Shown: in pieces, positions 19,575 to 29,200 of the stretch
Layout: every line of letters begins with the position of its first letter
Numbering within the stretch: the first letter of the stretch is position 1
Source of the DNA: Candidatus Thorarchaeota archaeon
GTDB taxonomy: Archaea > Asgardarchaeota > Thorarchaeia > Thorarchaeales > Thorarchaeaceae
DNA: 53,784 nucleotides
Direction of reading: 5' to 3'
NCBI GenBank assembly: GCA_003345595.1
Contig: PRDI01000025.1
Coordinates: forward strand, 1 to 53,784
Notes under the pieces: generated by a model
The model's database searches: none
What the model saw: only the letters and a program-made list of their open reading frames with translations
Told to the model about the DNA's origin: nothing
Position numbers and translations under genes: made by a program

Positions 19575-22500
19575 TTGAAGAAGCGATACATGCTCTTTGC
19601 CATATTAGTGACCGTGATGCTTATTCAGCTCGATGTCAAACAAGCTGTGGACCATCCAGAAACGTCGAATCTCAGTTCGGGCGGATTGGTCGGAACTGGA
19701 GACCCGCTTCGAGTCCTGCGGAAGGTAATGGCGGACACCCCGGCTCCAAGGACCCCAACGGATGTCAAGCAGCTAGTCCTTGACCTACTTGAAGCTACGC
19801 CACTCGCCAACAGGACTGACCGCGACGGGGACGGGCTTTACGATCCTGTGGAAACTATCATCGGAACTGACCTTGAGAGCAACGACACGGACGCCGATAG
19901 TCTGTCTGATTACCATGAAGTCATGAATGGGACTGACCCAATCCTGCCAGACTCCAACTATGATGGACTCTTTGACTATGATGAAGTCAATATCGAATTG
20001 GATCTGGATGATGACGGTATTCCAAATGCATGGGATTTTGACAACGATGGCGATGGGGTGAATGACCGTGCGGATCTCTCCCCCTATGCGGAATCAGTTG
20101 TCAGTACCAGTTTCAACTTCTCAATACAGACTACTGGCTCGCCTACCTACATAACCTTCCAAGTTCTCCCTCAGAATCCTGAGCATCTTCGGCTGCTGTA
20201 TCAGACCTGGGATTGGCCAGATTATGATACCGAAGGGCAGATGCAGGATCTTGACGGATCGAAAGATGACCTAGAGTTGGTTCCATATCTGCATCTCAAG
20301 ACTGAAGCAGTGCCTGTTCAGTCGGACTTGGATGCGTTTGGTGTTCTAGAAACAGGCGATGGCGTTTCTATTCCCTTGTCACCGGTATATGAGTTTGAGA
20401 ACATAGTGGCATTCAACGGAAGACTTCTCTATGCCGAAACCACACCCTTGGACATCGACCTAGAGGCAGAGTTGGTATGGCAAGTATTAGGATACAATGA
20501 TGTCACAGCTACCATTCTGAAAGCAGATGGCAACTATGTATCCGTCGGACGGGACATGATCGCTGTTGCTAACGCTAGCGATGAGGGCGATGCCGTAGTA
20601 CTGGAATGGATAACAATCAGGGAAACTAGTGAAAGGACCACTGCAGCCATAAGAATCATGGACGGCCCCTATCTGTCTGTAGCAGAGGACAAGAAGACTC
20701 TGGAATTCACTGGAACAAGCATTGGTGAGCGAGAAACGTTCCAGCTTCTGAAACTGCAGGGATGGCTAATGGGCTACAACGAGAACTGCACAGCTGTTCT
20801 ACCAGACGGTACCATGGTCCTACGGTATGACGATCGAGCAGTGTTTGAGGTCATGCACAGTCTTCATACAAGCTTAACTCCTCTTGTCAAGTATACTGAG
20901 CCTTTCATGTTTACTGGATTCACAGTCGAAGAGTTCCACGGAGCCGATGTGGGGATTCTCTACAATGTCACTGACAAGAATCAGACGATTGCAGCTCAAT
21001 GGCTTATGAACTACAGATTCGTGAACAATGCCACGACCACACTATCAGACATGCCCGGTCTTCTGCAAGAGAACAACGTGGCCGTGTCGTGCCAAAGTCA
21101 ATCAGTCAGTTCCAAGTATGAAGCTCTAGTAGTATTGAGTGAAGAGCTGATTCCAAGTGCTCTATATCTCGATTCAGGCGATGAAGCGGTACCCATAATC
21201 ATCGCTATCGAAGATAACGCCACGATCGTAGACATGTCCGAGGCCATACCTGGCTCATACATCCTAGGCGGTCCGTGTACTGTTGATATGGCAACCAAAG
21301 CTATGCAGACGAGTAAGTCCCTGAAGATGAACTGGTACAATTCAACTACATTCATCGGTCTCAGCGCGACTGAGATAATCGCCGAAGTGATAACTTGGGG
21401 CGAAGACCCAGTGACTTCCTACAATCTCGTGACCATCCTTCTGAGATGGAACACTGGAGAGTACAAGATAACGAAACAAGACCTTGTTCCGTTGGAGCTT
21501 GACGATTTCGACCCCTTGGAGCTTGAACTAGCGTGGAATATTGCCATCACTGGTGTTTCAGCACTCGAACTCGGTGGCAAGCTTGTAAGTCTTCTCAAGA
21601 ACTGGAGGCATCTCAAATGGCTACAGGGCGGCGAAGTGCCAGCAACAATGGCAGAGATCACAGATTACTTGGCAAGATGGTCACAGGGCGCATGGGGCAA
21701 AAGCAACCTGGTGAAGAGCATAGGAAAGAACAGCAAGATCCTGGCGTTCTGCAAGTATCAAGATTCTCTGTCGCTCGGATGTAGAAGTGGTAGATTCGCG
21801 AAGTTCTTCAAGATGTTCAACGACGCCCTGTTTGTGATAGGAATCGTTGTCGAAATAGGTCTCTCAATCGCAGCGGGAGTAATGATTGCAGATCAGATTG
21901 GAGGCTCCGCAGGCAAGGAGTTTGGAACAGCATATGCTGTTCTTGCGCTCATTGTCGGTCTCTGGATGATGGGTACACTAGCTGTTATTGCGGCAATACC
22001 AGTCATTGGATGGCTGCTGGCATTGGGAATCGGCATAGCTGATGCCTGCGGCGATTACTCACAAGGCATGATCACGTATGTCGTTGGCGAACTGTATGGA
22101 GAGGCACATGCTTTCGGCTTTGTGACACCAGATGCCTATGTCAGAGAAATACCAACCATATCCGTCCTAGACTCTGACAGCAATGGTGTCGATCTGGGGG
22201 ATACTATTCTCGTCAACGGCACGCTATGGAGTGAGCTTGATGTGGCGATAAAGTACGTCAGCAAGATGACCAAGTATTTTGGAACCGATCTCAATACCCT
22301 CTTGGATAGAATGACTAATCCCGCAACCGGGAACCTCAGAGACCTCAACTACATTCTTCCATATGTGGATATCATCGCGCCAGCAGGATCGGACACGGCG
22401 GCCTCTAATTCACGGAACTGGCTCTCTGCATACCTCTCGGGCACACTGCCTGCCCTACAATCCGAAAGTGGAACATACAAGGACACGATTTACGAAGAAG

Positions 22501-25500
22501 GATTATACACGCCCTGGTATCATTATTGGTTTGCGAGAGAGTATTCCTATTCTGCTTGGATTAGACCAGGAATTGCACAACCTGATTTCCCAGTAGTAAC
22601 ACGGATGACGTCGGACTACAAAGTTTCGAACTTCTGGTGGCATTCCCCTGTTTGGAAGTTCGGCGCCGAATGCCTACACCGTGAATGGTCCAAGAATTAT
22701 ACGCAGTACAACATAATCACTGGGTACTATGATGTCTTCCCCGGTTCTCTTGCCGATTTCCTCGAATGGAAGTCGATATCCCCTAATGACTACGACGGGG
22801 ATGGTTTCAACGAAACTGAGGAAACAGCCTTCGGAACATTCTGGACTGAATATGATAGTGACGCTGACGGTCTTGATGACGGGTATGAGATCGAACAGGG
22901 CTATAACCCACTATCGTACGATACTGATTTCGATGGAGTCACAGACTGGTTTGAGCACGCATATGGGACGAATGTCACAAACAGCGACTCAGATGGGGAC
23001 GGACTTGATGACTACCAAGAGATCTCTGGCTGGGTCATCAGCTTCAGCTATTTGGGTAACATATCATTGCCGTTCCAGATGCCTGTGGCGTCGAATCCGA
23101 ACAACAACGATACTGATGAGGATGGAATTGGAGACCTCACAGAATACCAGAGCAACACAAACCCACGGTCAAATGACACCAATGCTGATGGTGAACCTGA
23201 CCTCTCATATGCGCAGTTCGTTTCAGAGGCAGCCTATGAGACATATACCGATTGGACAATGGAGGGTGAGTACTCCACAATAGCGGACATCTGTGTAGAT
23301 GAGTATGGACACGTCTATGCCAGCGGAACCCTAGATCCTATCAGCACTAACAGTACGATAAGGAAGTACGACTCATCCTTAGTGCAAGTCACTCTTCCAT
23401 CAGATTCCGTCTTCATCAATATGACCTGTTTTCCCTCCTACTACGGAGTAGGTTTTCTGAGAGTAGATGAGGCTAATGACTGGCTCTACGCCGAGGTCTA
23501 TACCCAACTTTGGAGATTCGATTTGAACGGCACATCAACGAATCCGGGGCCTTGGACGCCACTCAGTGATAACACTATTATGGATGTTGACTTTGATGTC
23601 AGCGGGAATATCTACGCGGCGCGATTCGATCCGGGCTTGGAAACTGCAGGTGTTAGGAAATACAGTTCAGATGGGACGGTCTTGGCAACTTGGGGTACTA
23701 GAGGGTCAGCAATTGACCAGTATGATGAGTTACAGGCAATAGCTGTTGATGACAAGTACGGCTTCATCTATCTCTGTGACCAGCAGTGGAATTACGGCAA
23801 GACGGATAGGGTCGTCAAACTGCGACTATCCGACGGTGCATACGTCGGAACTCTGTCACAGGACTATGATTCAGTCCTAGATGTCGACGTTGATGTGGAT
23901 GGTTGTGTCTATGTTCTTGGTGAGACCCCTGATGGCACGTCTGTTCAGAAGTTCTATCCAAATGGCGATGAGGATGAGGCCTTTCGATTCTTCGGGAATG
24001 AGACGCGTGACTTCATGGCATCTAGTGGGTACTACAGACATCTGGCTGTTGCTCCTGACAAGAGCATCTATGTCTTGGATTGGATAGTCCTAGGTATGAC
24101 CACAACCTCAAGGATCTGGAAGTTCTCACAGACTGTAACGCTAGCTTCCGAATCACTACCCGATACGAACCCGGACTGGGACAATGATGGCCTGAACAAT
24201 ACTCAGGAGGTCGATGGTTGGAACATCACTGTCAATTTCGCTCATGGGGAAGAGACCTTCCGAGTGGCAAGCAGTCCTGTGATGAATGACTCTGACCAAG
24301 ATGGCTTGGGAGACCTCATGGAGTTCACTCTTGGCTCCGATCCAGGATCACCTGATACTGATCTGGATGGGGTGTCTGACCACAAGGAGTGGTGGCTATT
24401 CACCTATCCCGGCGTTGTCTATGTTCCACCTACGCCGTCTTTTGCCATTCCTTCATCGACTCTACCAACGAACTACATGAACTGGCGTGCCGAAGGGCCC
24501 TCGTTGACAAACTGGGACACTGATGGAGACCTTCTACGAGACGGCATCGAGCTTGCCTTCGGTAGCTCGCCCGTCAACCCAGACCTAGATGGCGATGGAT
24601 TGTCTGACGTCATTGAGTTCTTGTACAACTCAAATCCGAATAGTAATGACACGGATAGTGATGGTGCAGATGATGGTCAAGAGTTGGCTGGCAACTCAAG
24701 CCTGCTGTCAGCTGACTCAGACAACGACTTCATATTCGATGGGGCCGAGTACTACCTTGGGACAAATCCAACAGGCACTGATTTTGACGCTGATGGTATT
24801 CCAGATGGGTACGAGCTGCTCTATGGGACCGACCCACTAATCGGCGACTGTGACGATGATGGCATCGCTGATGGCATGGAACTCACGCTCTGGTTAGACC
24901 CATGGAGCAACGATACCGATGGGGATGGCGTTGACGATGGAACAGAACTCTCGGTAGGCAGCAGTCCTTGGAACGAAGACTCAGACTACGATGGAGTCCC
25001 GGACGGTGAAGACAGTGATACGCTCGCTGAATGGGAGGGGCCAATCATCTTGGTCATGGAACCAGATGCATCTAATGACACACTCGAGTTCGCGACAATG
25101 CTTGGTAACTACGTCGAGGTCGTAGTTGTTTCTGTTGACGAGCTCGTCGGCAACTACGGCGACAGTCCATACATCGTACTTGTAGGGCGTCCCGACCCTG
25201 ATAGCTCCTCAGTTGCAGGACTCATGTACGACCTTCTGGCTGACACTGGAGATACCCTGACAGACATGATGGCCGAAGGTTCACACGGCGTGGCCCTGCG
25301 ATATGGAGTCTGGACTGACACTCAGACGGTAGCGATGCTATCTTCAGCGGTCCCAGAAGATGCTTTCATAGTCCTTCAGATAATGCGTTGGAAGAATGTC
25401 ACAGTCCTACCTGAGTTCGTGCGGATTGAGTATCAGAGGGTAGAAGCAGAATACAATGGAACGATTGCCTATGCTGTCGTTGTGAATGAAATTGACTCTC

Positions 25501-26123
25501 TGCGTGCGATTGATTCGTTTGTTACCTTCTATCTTAGCGGAGCCGCTCGCCTCAGTATGCAGATTGCCAAGTACAATACAACGACAACGCCTCACGTACT
25601 CACCTATGCGACAGGACTGCATGGAAGTGATGTGTCACTTGGGGTCTATTTGGAAGTGTCACTGGCACTATACAAGAACAGAACCGACGTGTTTGAATCT
25701 GCACTGCTACAGGTCTACTACAAGGAATCAGATCTGGACCAGAATGGAGATGGCGTCATTGGAGGAATCGGAGACATCGATGAGACTTCTATCTGTCTTT
25801 ACTGGTATGACGACTCATCTGATTCGTGGATAAGACTGACCAATGATCTGGAGTGGGTTCTGGATGCCAGCCTGAATACTACTGATGCTGAGATCTATGG
25901 AGAGAACTATGCAGGCTACGTATGGGCCAATGTCACGCGACTCTCGTTGTTCGGGCTGGCAGGCGAACTCATTTCTGTCGAGGTGCCCCTGGCATACTAT
26001 GCAGTTGCCATAATCGCAGCGTCTGCTGCAGTCGTGGGTGTCCTGTTCGTACATAGAAGGAAGATACAGAATCCAAAGAGAGCTGAGACCGAGGTTTCTC
26101 TTGGCTCTCCACCTGGAGGATGA
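19575..26123 (+). CDS. Giant membrane-anchored surface protein, paralogue 2 (same architecture as paralogue 1)
   Basis: 2187-aa ORF collinear with paralogue 1, with a divergent NHL propeller (WGTRGSAIDQYDELQAIAVD). TTG 19575 lies 5 nt after AGGTGT. Confidence 0.85.
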   Translation: MKKRYMLFAILVTVMLIQLDVKQAVDHPETSNLSSGGLVGTGDPLRVLRKVMADTPAPRTPTDVKQLVLDLLEATPLANRTDRDGDGLYDPVETIIGTDLESNDTDADSLSDYHEVMNGTDPILPDSNYDGLFDYDEVNIELDLDDDGIPNAWDFDNDGDGVNDRADLSPYAESVVSTSFNFSIQTTGSPTYITFQVLPQNPEHLRLLYQTWDWPDYDTEGQMQDLDGSKDDLELVPYLHLKTEAVPVQSDLDAFGVLETGDGVSIPLSPVYEFENIVAFNGRLLYAETTPLDIDLEAELVWQVLGYNDVTATILKADGNYVSVGRDMIAVANASDEGDAVVLEWITIRETSERTTAAIRIMDGPYLSVAEDKKTLEFTGTSIGERETFQLLKLQGWLMGYNENCTAVLPDGTMVLRYDDRAVFEVMHSLHTSLTPLVKYTEPFMFTGFTVEEFHGADVGILYNVTDKNQTIAAQWLMNYRFVNNATTTLSDMPGLLQENNVAVSCQSQSVSSKYEALVVLSEELIPSALYLDSGDEAVPIIIAIEDNATIVDMSEAIPGSYILGGPCTVDMATKAMQTSKSLKMNWYNSTTFIGLSATEIIAEVITWGEDPVTSYNLVTILLRWNTGEYKITKQDLVPLELDDFDPLELELAWNIAITGVSALELGGKLVSLLKNWRHLKWLQGGEVPATMAEITDYLARWSQGAWGKSNLVKSIGKNSKILAFCKYQDSLSLGCRSGRFAKFFKMFNDALFVIGIVVEIGLSIAAGVMIADQIGGSAGKEFGTAYAVLALIVGLWMMGTLAVIAAIPVIGWLLALGIGIADACGDYSQGMITYVVGELYGEAHAFGFVTPDAYVREIPTISVLDSDSNGVDLGDTILVNGTLWSELDVAIKYVSKMTKYFGTDLNTLLDRMTNPATGNLRDLNYILPYVDIIAPAGSDTAASNSRNWLSAYLSGTLPALQSESGTYKDTIYEEGLYTPWYHYWFAREYSYSAWIRPGIAQPDFPVVTRMTSDYKVSNFWWHSPVWKFGAECLHREWSKNYTQYNIITGYYDVFPGSLADFLEWKSISPNDYDGDGFNETEETAFGTFWTEYDSDADGLDDGYEIEQGYNPLSYDTDFDGVTDWFEHAYGTNVTNSDSDGDGLDDYQEISGWVISFSYLGNISLPFQMPVASNPNNNDTDEDGIGDLTEYQSNTNPRSNDTNADGEPDLSYAQFVSEAAYETYTDWTMEGEYSTIADICVDEYGHVYASGTLDPISTNSTIRKYDSSLVQVTLPSDSVFINMTCFPSYYGVGFLRVDEANDWLYAEVYTQLWRFDLNGTSTNPGPWTPLSDNTIMDVDFDVSGNIYAARFDPGLETAGVRKYSSDGTVLATWGTRGSAIDQYDELQAIAVDDKYGFIYLCDQQWNYGKTDRVVKLRLSDGAYVGTLSQDYDSVLDVDVDVDGCVYVLGETPDGTSVQKFYPNGDEDEAFRFFGNETRDFMASSGYYRHLAVAPDKSIYVLDWIVLGMTTTSRIWKFSQTVTLASESLPDTNPDWDNDGLNNTQEVDGWNITVNFAHGEETFRVASSPVMNDSDQDGLGDLMEFTLGSDPGSPDTDLDGVSDHKEWWLFTYPGVVYVPPTPSFAIPSSTLPTNYMNWRAEGPSLTNWDTDGDLLRDGIELAFGSSPVNPDLDGDGLSDVIEFLYNSNPNSNDTDSDGADDGQELAGNSSLLSADSDNDFIFDGAEYYLGTNPTGTDFDADGIPDGYELLYGTDPLIGDCDDDGIADGMELTLWLDPWSNDTDGDGVDDGTELSVGSSPWNEDSDYDGVPDGEDSDTLAEWEGPIILVMEPDASNDTLEFATMLGNYVEVVVVSVDELVGNYGDSPYIVLVGRPDPDSSSVAGLMYDLLADTGDTLTDMMAEGSHGVALRYGVWTDTQTVAMLSSAVPEDAFIVLQIMRWKNVTVLPEFVRIEYQRVEAEYNGTIAYAVVVNEIDSLRAIDSFVTFYLSGAARLSMQIAKYNTTTTPHVLTYATGLHGSDVSLGVYLEVSLALYKNRTDVFESALLQVYYKESDLDQNGDGVIGGIGDIDETSICLYWYDDSSDSWIRLTNDLEWVLDASLNTTDAEIYGENYAGYVWANVTRLSLFGLAGELISVEVPLAYYAVAIIAASAAVVGVLFVHRRKIQNPKRAETEVSLGSPPGG

Positions 26124-26224
26124 CTACTGCCATAGACGGATCTTGCCCAACGGAACCTGGCATGAAGGACAGACTGTGCCCTTCTGAGACTAACGGTCAT
26201 TCTCTGCGGAGCCAAGAAATCCGA

Positions 26225-26265
26225 AACAAGAAAAGGTAGGCGCCCCCGGCAGTACACCGGGGGCG
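26225..26265 (-). terminator. Hairpin plus U-tract terminator of the C25 protease gene
   Basis: Perfect 9-bp stem CGCCCCCGG/CCGGGGGCG (26241-26265), followed on the minus strand by CCTACCTTTTCTTGTTT. Confidence 0.65.
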
Positions 26266-26287
26266 AATGGATGCATCTATTGCAGGA

Positions 26288-29200
26288 CTAAGGCCGTCTT
26301 CCACGTGTCGCGATGACGATGATTATCACTATCACGCATGCAGCTCCCGACACAATCACGACTATACCTATGGCTGGCGAGATAATCACGGTTGCCTGGA
26401 TGACTGTGATGGTGATGGTAGCGCTCTGTACGTTTCCAAACGCATCACTGACCGTGATCTCAAGGCCATAGACTCCTGGCTCAAGGTCAGTGCTGTTGGT
26501 GATGACCGCTACTCCATGAGCGACATCTCCCATCGGGTCAATCCGGAAGTTTGCGGTATCGTTGATGGCCCACCAAGAGATCGCCGAGGCATCTGTAACG
26601 GCAACGGCATACTCGAACGGCTGACTCTGAAGGACAGACCTGTCCAGAGGTGTTTCTAGCCATTCTGGGGGTGTAGTGTCAGTCACGGTGACATGGATGA
26701 CTGTGATGGTAATGGTAGCGCTCTGTACGTTTCCAAACGCATCACTGACTGTGATCTCAAGGCCATAGACTCCTGGCTCAAGGTCAGTGCTGTTGATGAT
26801 GACCGCCACTCCATGAGCAACATCTCCCATCGGGTCAATCCGGAAGTGTGCAGTATCGTTGATGGCCCACCAAGAGATCGCCGAGGCATCCGCAACGGCG
26901 ATAGGATACTCGAGTGGCTGACCTTGGAGGACAGACCGGTCCACAGGTAGCTCTAGCCATTCCGGAGGTGTAGTGTCAGTCACGGTGAGTGTGAATGTGG
27001 CCGTAATGGTATTGCCATATATGTCGCTCACTTGAACTGCAATCGCGTATGCTCCTACTTCCAGAGTGTGCAGGTTCGAGATCAAGCCGGAAGCACTTAC
27101 GGCGAAGAGTCCATCGGGCAGGACAGAGTATGATACTTCACCGCTCAAGTCCCAGGCCTCGACCTGATAGTCTAGGTCTTCTCCGGCTTCCAAGACTTGG
27201 TCTTCGGGTTCGATAGTCCAGATCGGAGGCGTTGAATCTACAACATTCACTGTGATAATTGCACCGCAGAAGTATCCTTGCGGGTCATATGCCCTTATCT
27301 CAATCCCATATCTGCCAACTGTGAGTGACAATGCATTTGTGAGTATACCCATTGAGTCAATGTTGAAACTCGTGGTATCATTCACCCAATAGTACGCTAT
27401 GCCGGAGTAATCTGTTGCATTGAGGTCATAGACGAGAAGCTCGCCAAATTCGATTATCTGGTCCGTCGGCACCTCAATCCACTCAGGAGGCATCGTATCC
27501 TCTACTGTGATGGTGAACTCTGCTGAGATGGTGTATTCCCACAGGTTACTTACTACGATGGAGATGTGATAGTCCCCTGTCTCCAATGGAGTAGCATTTC
27601 GTAGAACACCCTGATCATCAATCCAGAACATGCCATCACTAATCAGGGTATAGGTAAGATTGCCGTATCCAAACACTTGCAGATCATAAGATAGTGCCTC
27701 ACCACCTCCTATGGTCATATTACCGGGTGTTTCAATCCACGATAGATACCACGGATAATACATCAGTGGGTGAGGATCCTCATTCTCTGCAAATCCGAAG
27801 ATATGATATGGAATATCACCATAACCATCATGGTCATCATCAGGGCCTGTGTAATCAGACCAATAGTTGTAGTCAACAAGATTGTTCTCGTAGTCATCAG
27901 CCATGTTGTACTGAGTGTTATCCTCGAAGACATTCCACATGACAATGTTGTTATCGGAGTACTGCAGGAAGTATAGTCCCGCGTCATTATTACTGATAAC
28001 ATTGTACTCGATAGTATTCCATTCCGACTGCGAGAGGACAATGCCTACATCCAAGCAGTCTTCGATGGTATTCCATGAGATATGATTGGACGTAGAAGTA
28101 TCAATGATAATCCCTTGGACATCCTGAGCAAGATAGTTATCCGATATCTCGTTCATTGTCCCCCAGAGCACGAGTATACCTGTGCCTTGGTTACCAACTA
28201 TTGTGTTTTCGTGGACAATTGTGTCTGCAGCTTCCACCAGAACGAGTCCATACCCCTGGTTGTAGAGAATACTGTTAAAGCACACATAATCTCCATAGGA
28301 GTAATCGAGTTCCATTCCTATCGTGTTCCCTATGCAAGTGTTGTTCAAGAGAGTGCTGTTGCCCGAGAAGGTTTCATAGATGCCGAAGTAATTGCCTTCG
28401 CAGTAGTTGTCGGTGACATTTATCAAAGAGCAAGTTCCGTTGAGGGAGATTCCGAAGATTTCGTTCATGCTGCACTGATTATCTATGACACTGCTAAGGT
28501 AGGTGTCGGCGAGCATTATTCCTACCGAATTCTCGAAACAATCGTTACTTTGGAAGTAACAGTAGCTGGTCGAAATGGCACAGATACCGAAATCATTCCT
28601 AAAGCAGAGATTATCGACAACAGTAGTCAGCCGACAGATCTCCATCAAGATGCCGAATGAGCCTCCAGTGCAGGTGTTGTCCTCGATGACTCCATTCTCA
28701 ACATTATAGAGATACAGTGCGGAATAACCACCCGCTGCATACATGGCACAGTGTTGGACAATGAAGAATGCTTGCGTATTTCGTATCTCGATACACGGTA
28801 CATAGAGTCCGGACGCATTCAGCACTAAGCCTGAAACGATGAATGGGTCTTCGGGAGTCCCCAAACCCGGCCAGTGTTGAGAAACGAAGTCACCATCTCC
28901 ATCAATGAGAATTGGGCCAGAAATGACTTCAACTATGACTCTGAAGCTACCTGTAAGTACATTCCCAAGGGTATCACTGACCCATACTTGGATAGGATAG
29001 ATTCCTCCACCAAGCTCGACAACATTTGTCACAACGCCCTCGGAATCGATAGCAAAGTGGACTGTATCGTCAATCCACCAATCGCCAACCCCAGCTGGAT
29101 CTATTGCGTCTAAGTCATAGTAAAGAGAATCCCCTACGACAAGGTACTGGTCTTCTGGAAGAGATACCCACGCAGGTGGGACGTTATCAAACGGTGGAAT

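Larger units (their letters stand above)
12082..26123. repeat. Diverged tandem duplication of a ~7-kb unit (wHTH 5' part, promoter and giant gene)
   Basis: 12082-19054 aligns by eye with 19339-26123, including non-coding GAGTTTCAAGAA..CTGTAGGAG...TTAATAGGCGC and TTCGCGTGGTTAGCT. Confidence 0.9.

Noticed and set aside
12317-26123. Teneurin/Rhs (YD-repeat) toxin or CRISPR-like array
   Set aside because: There are no YD/RHS repeats, PxxxxDPxG cleavage motif, C-terminal toxin or immunity gene. The repeats are degenerate coding DxDxDG units, not repeat-spacer arrays.
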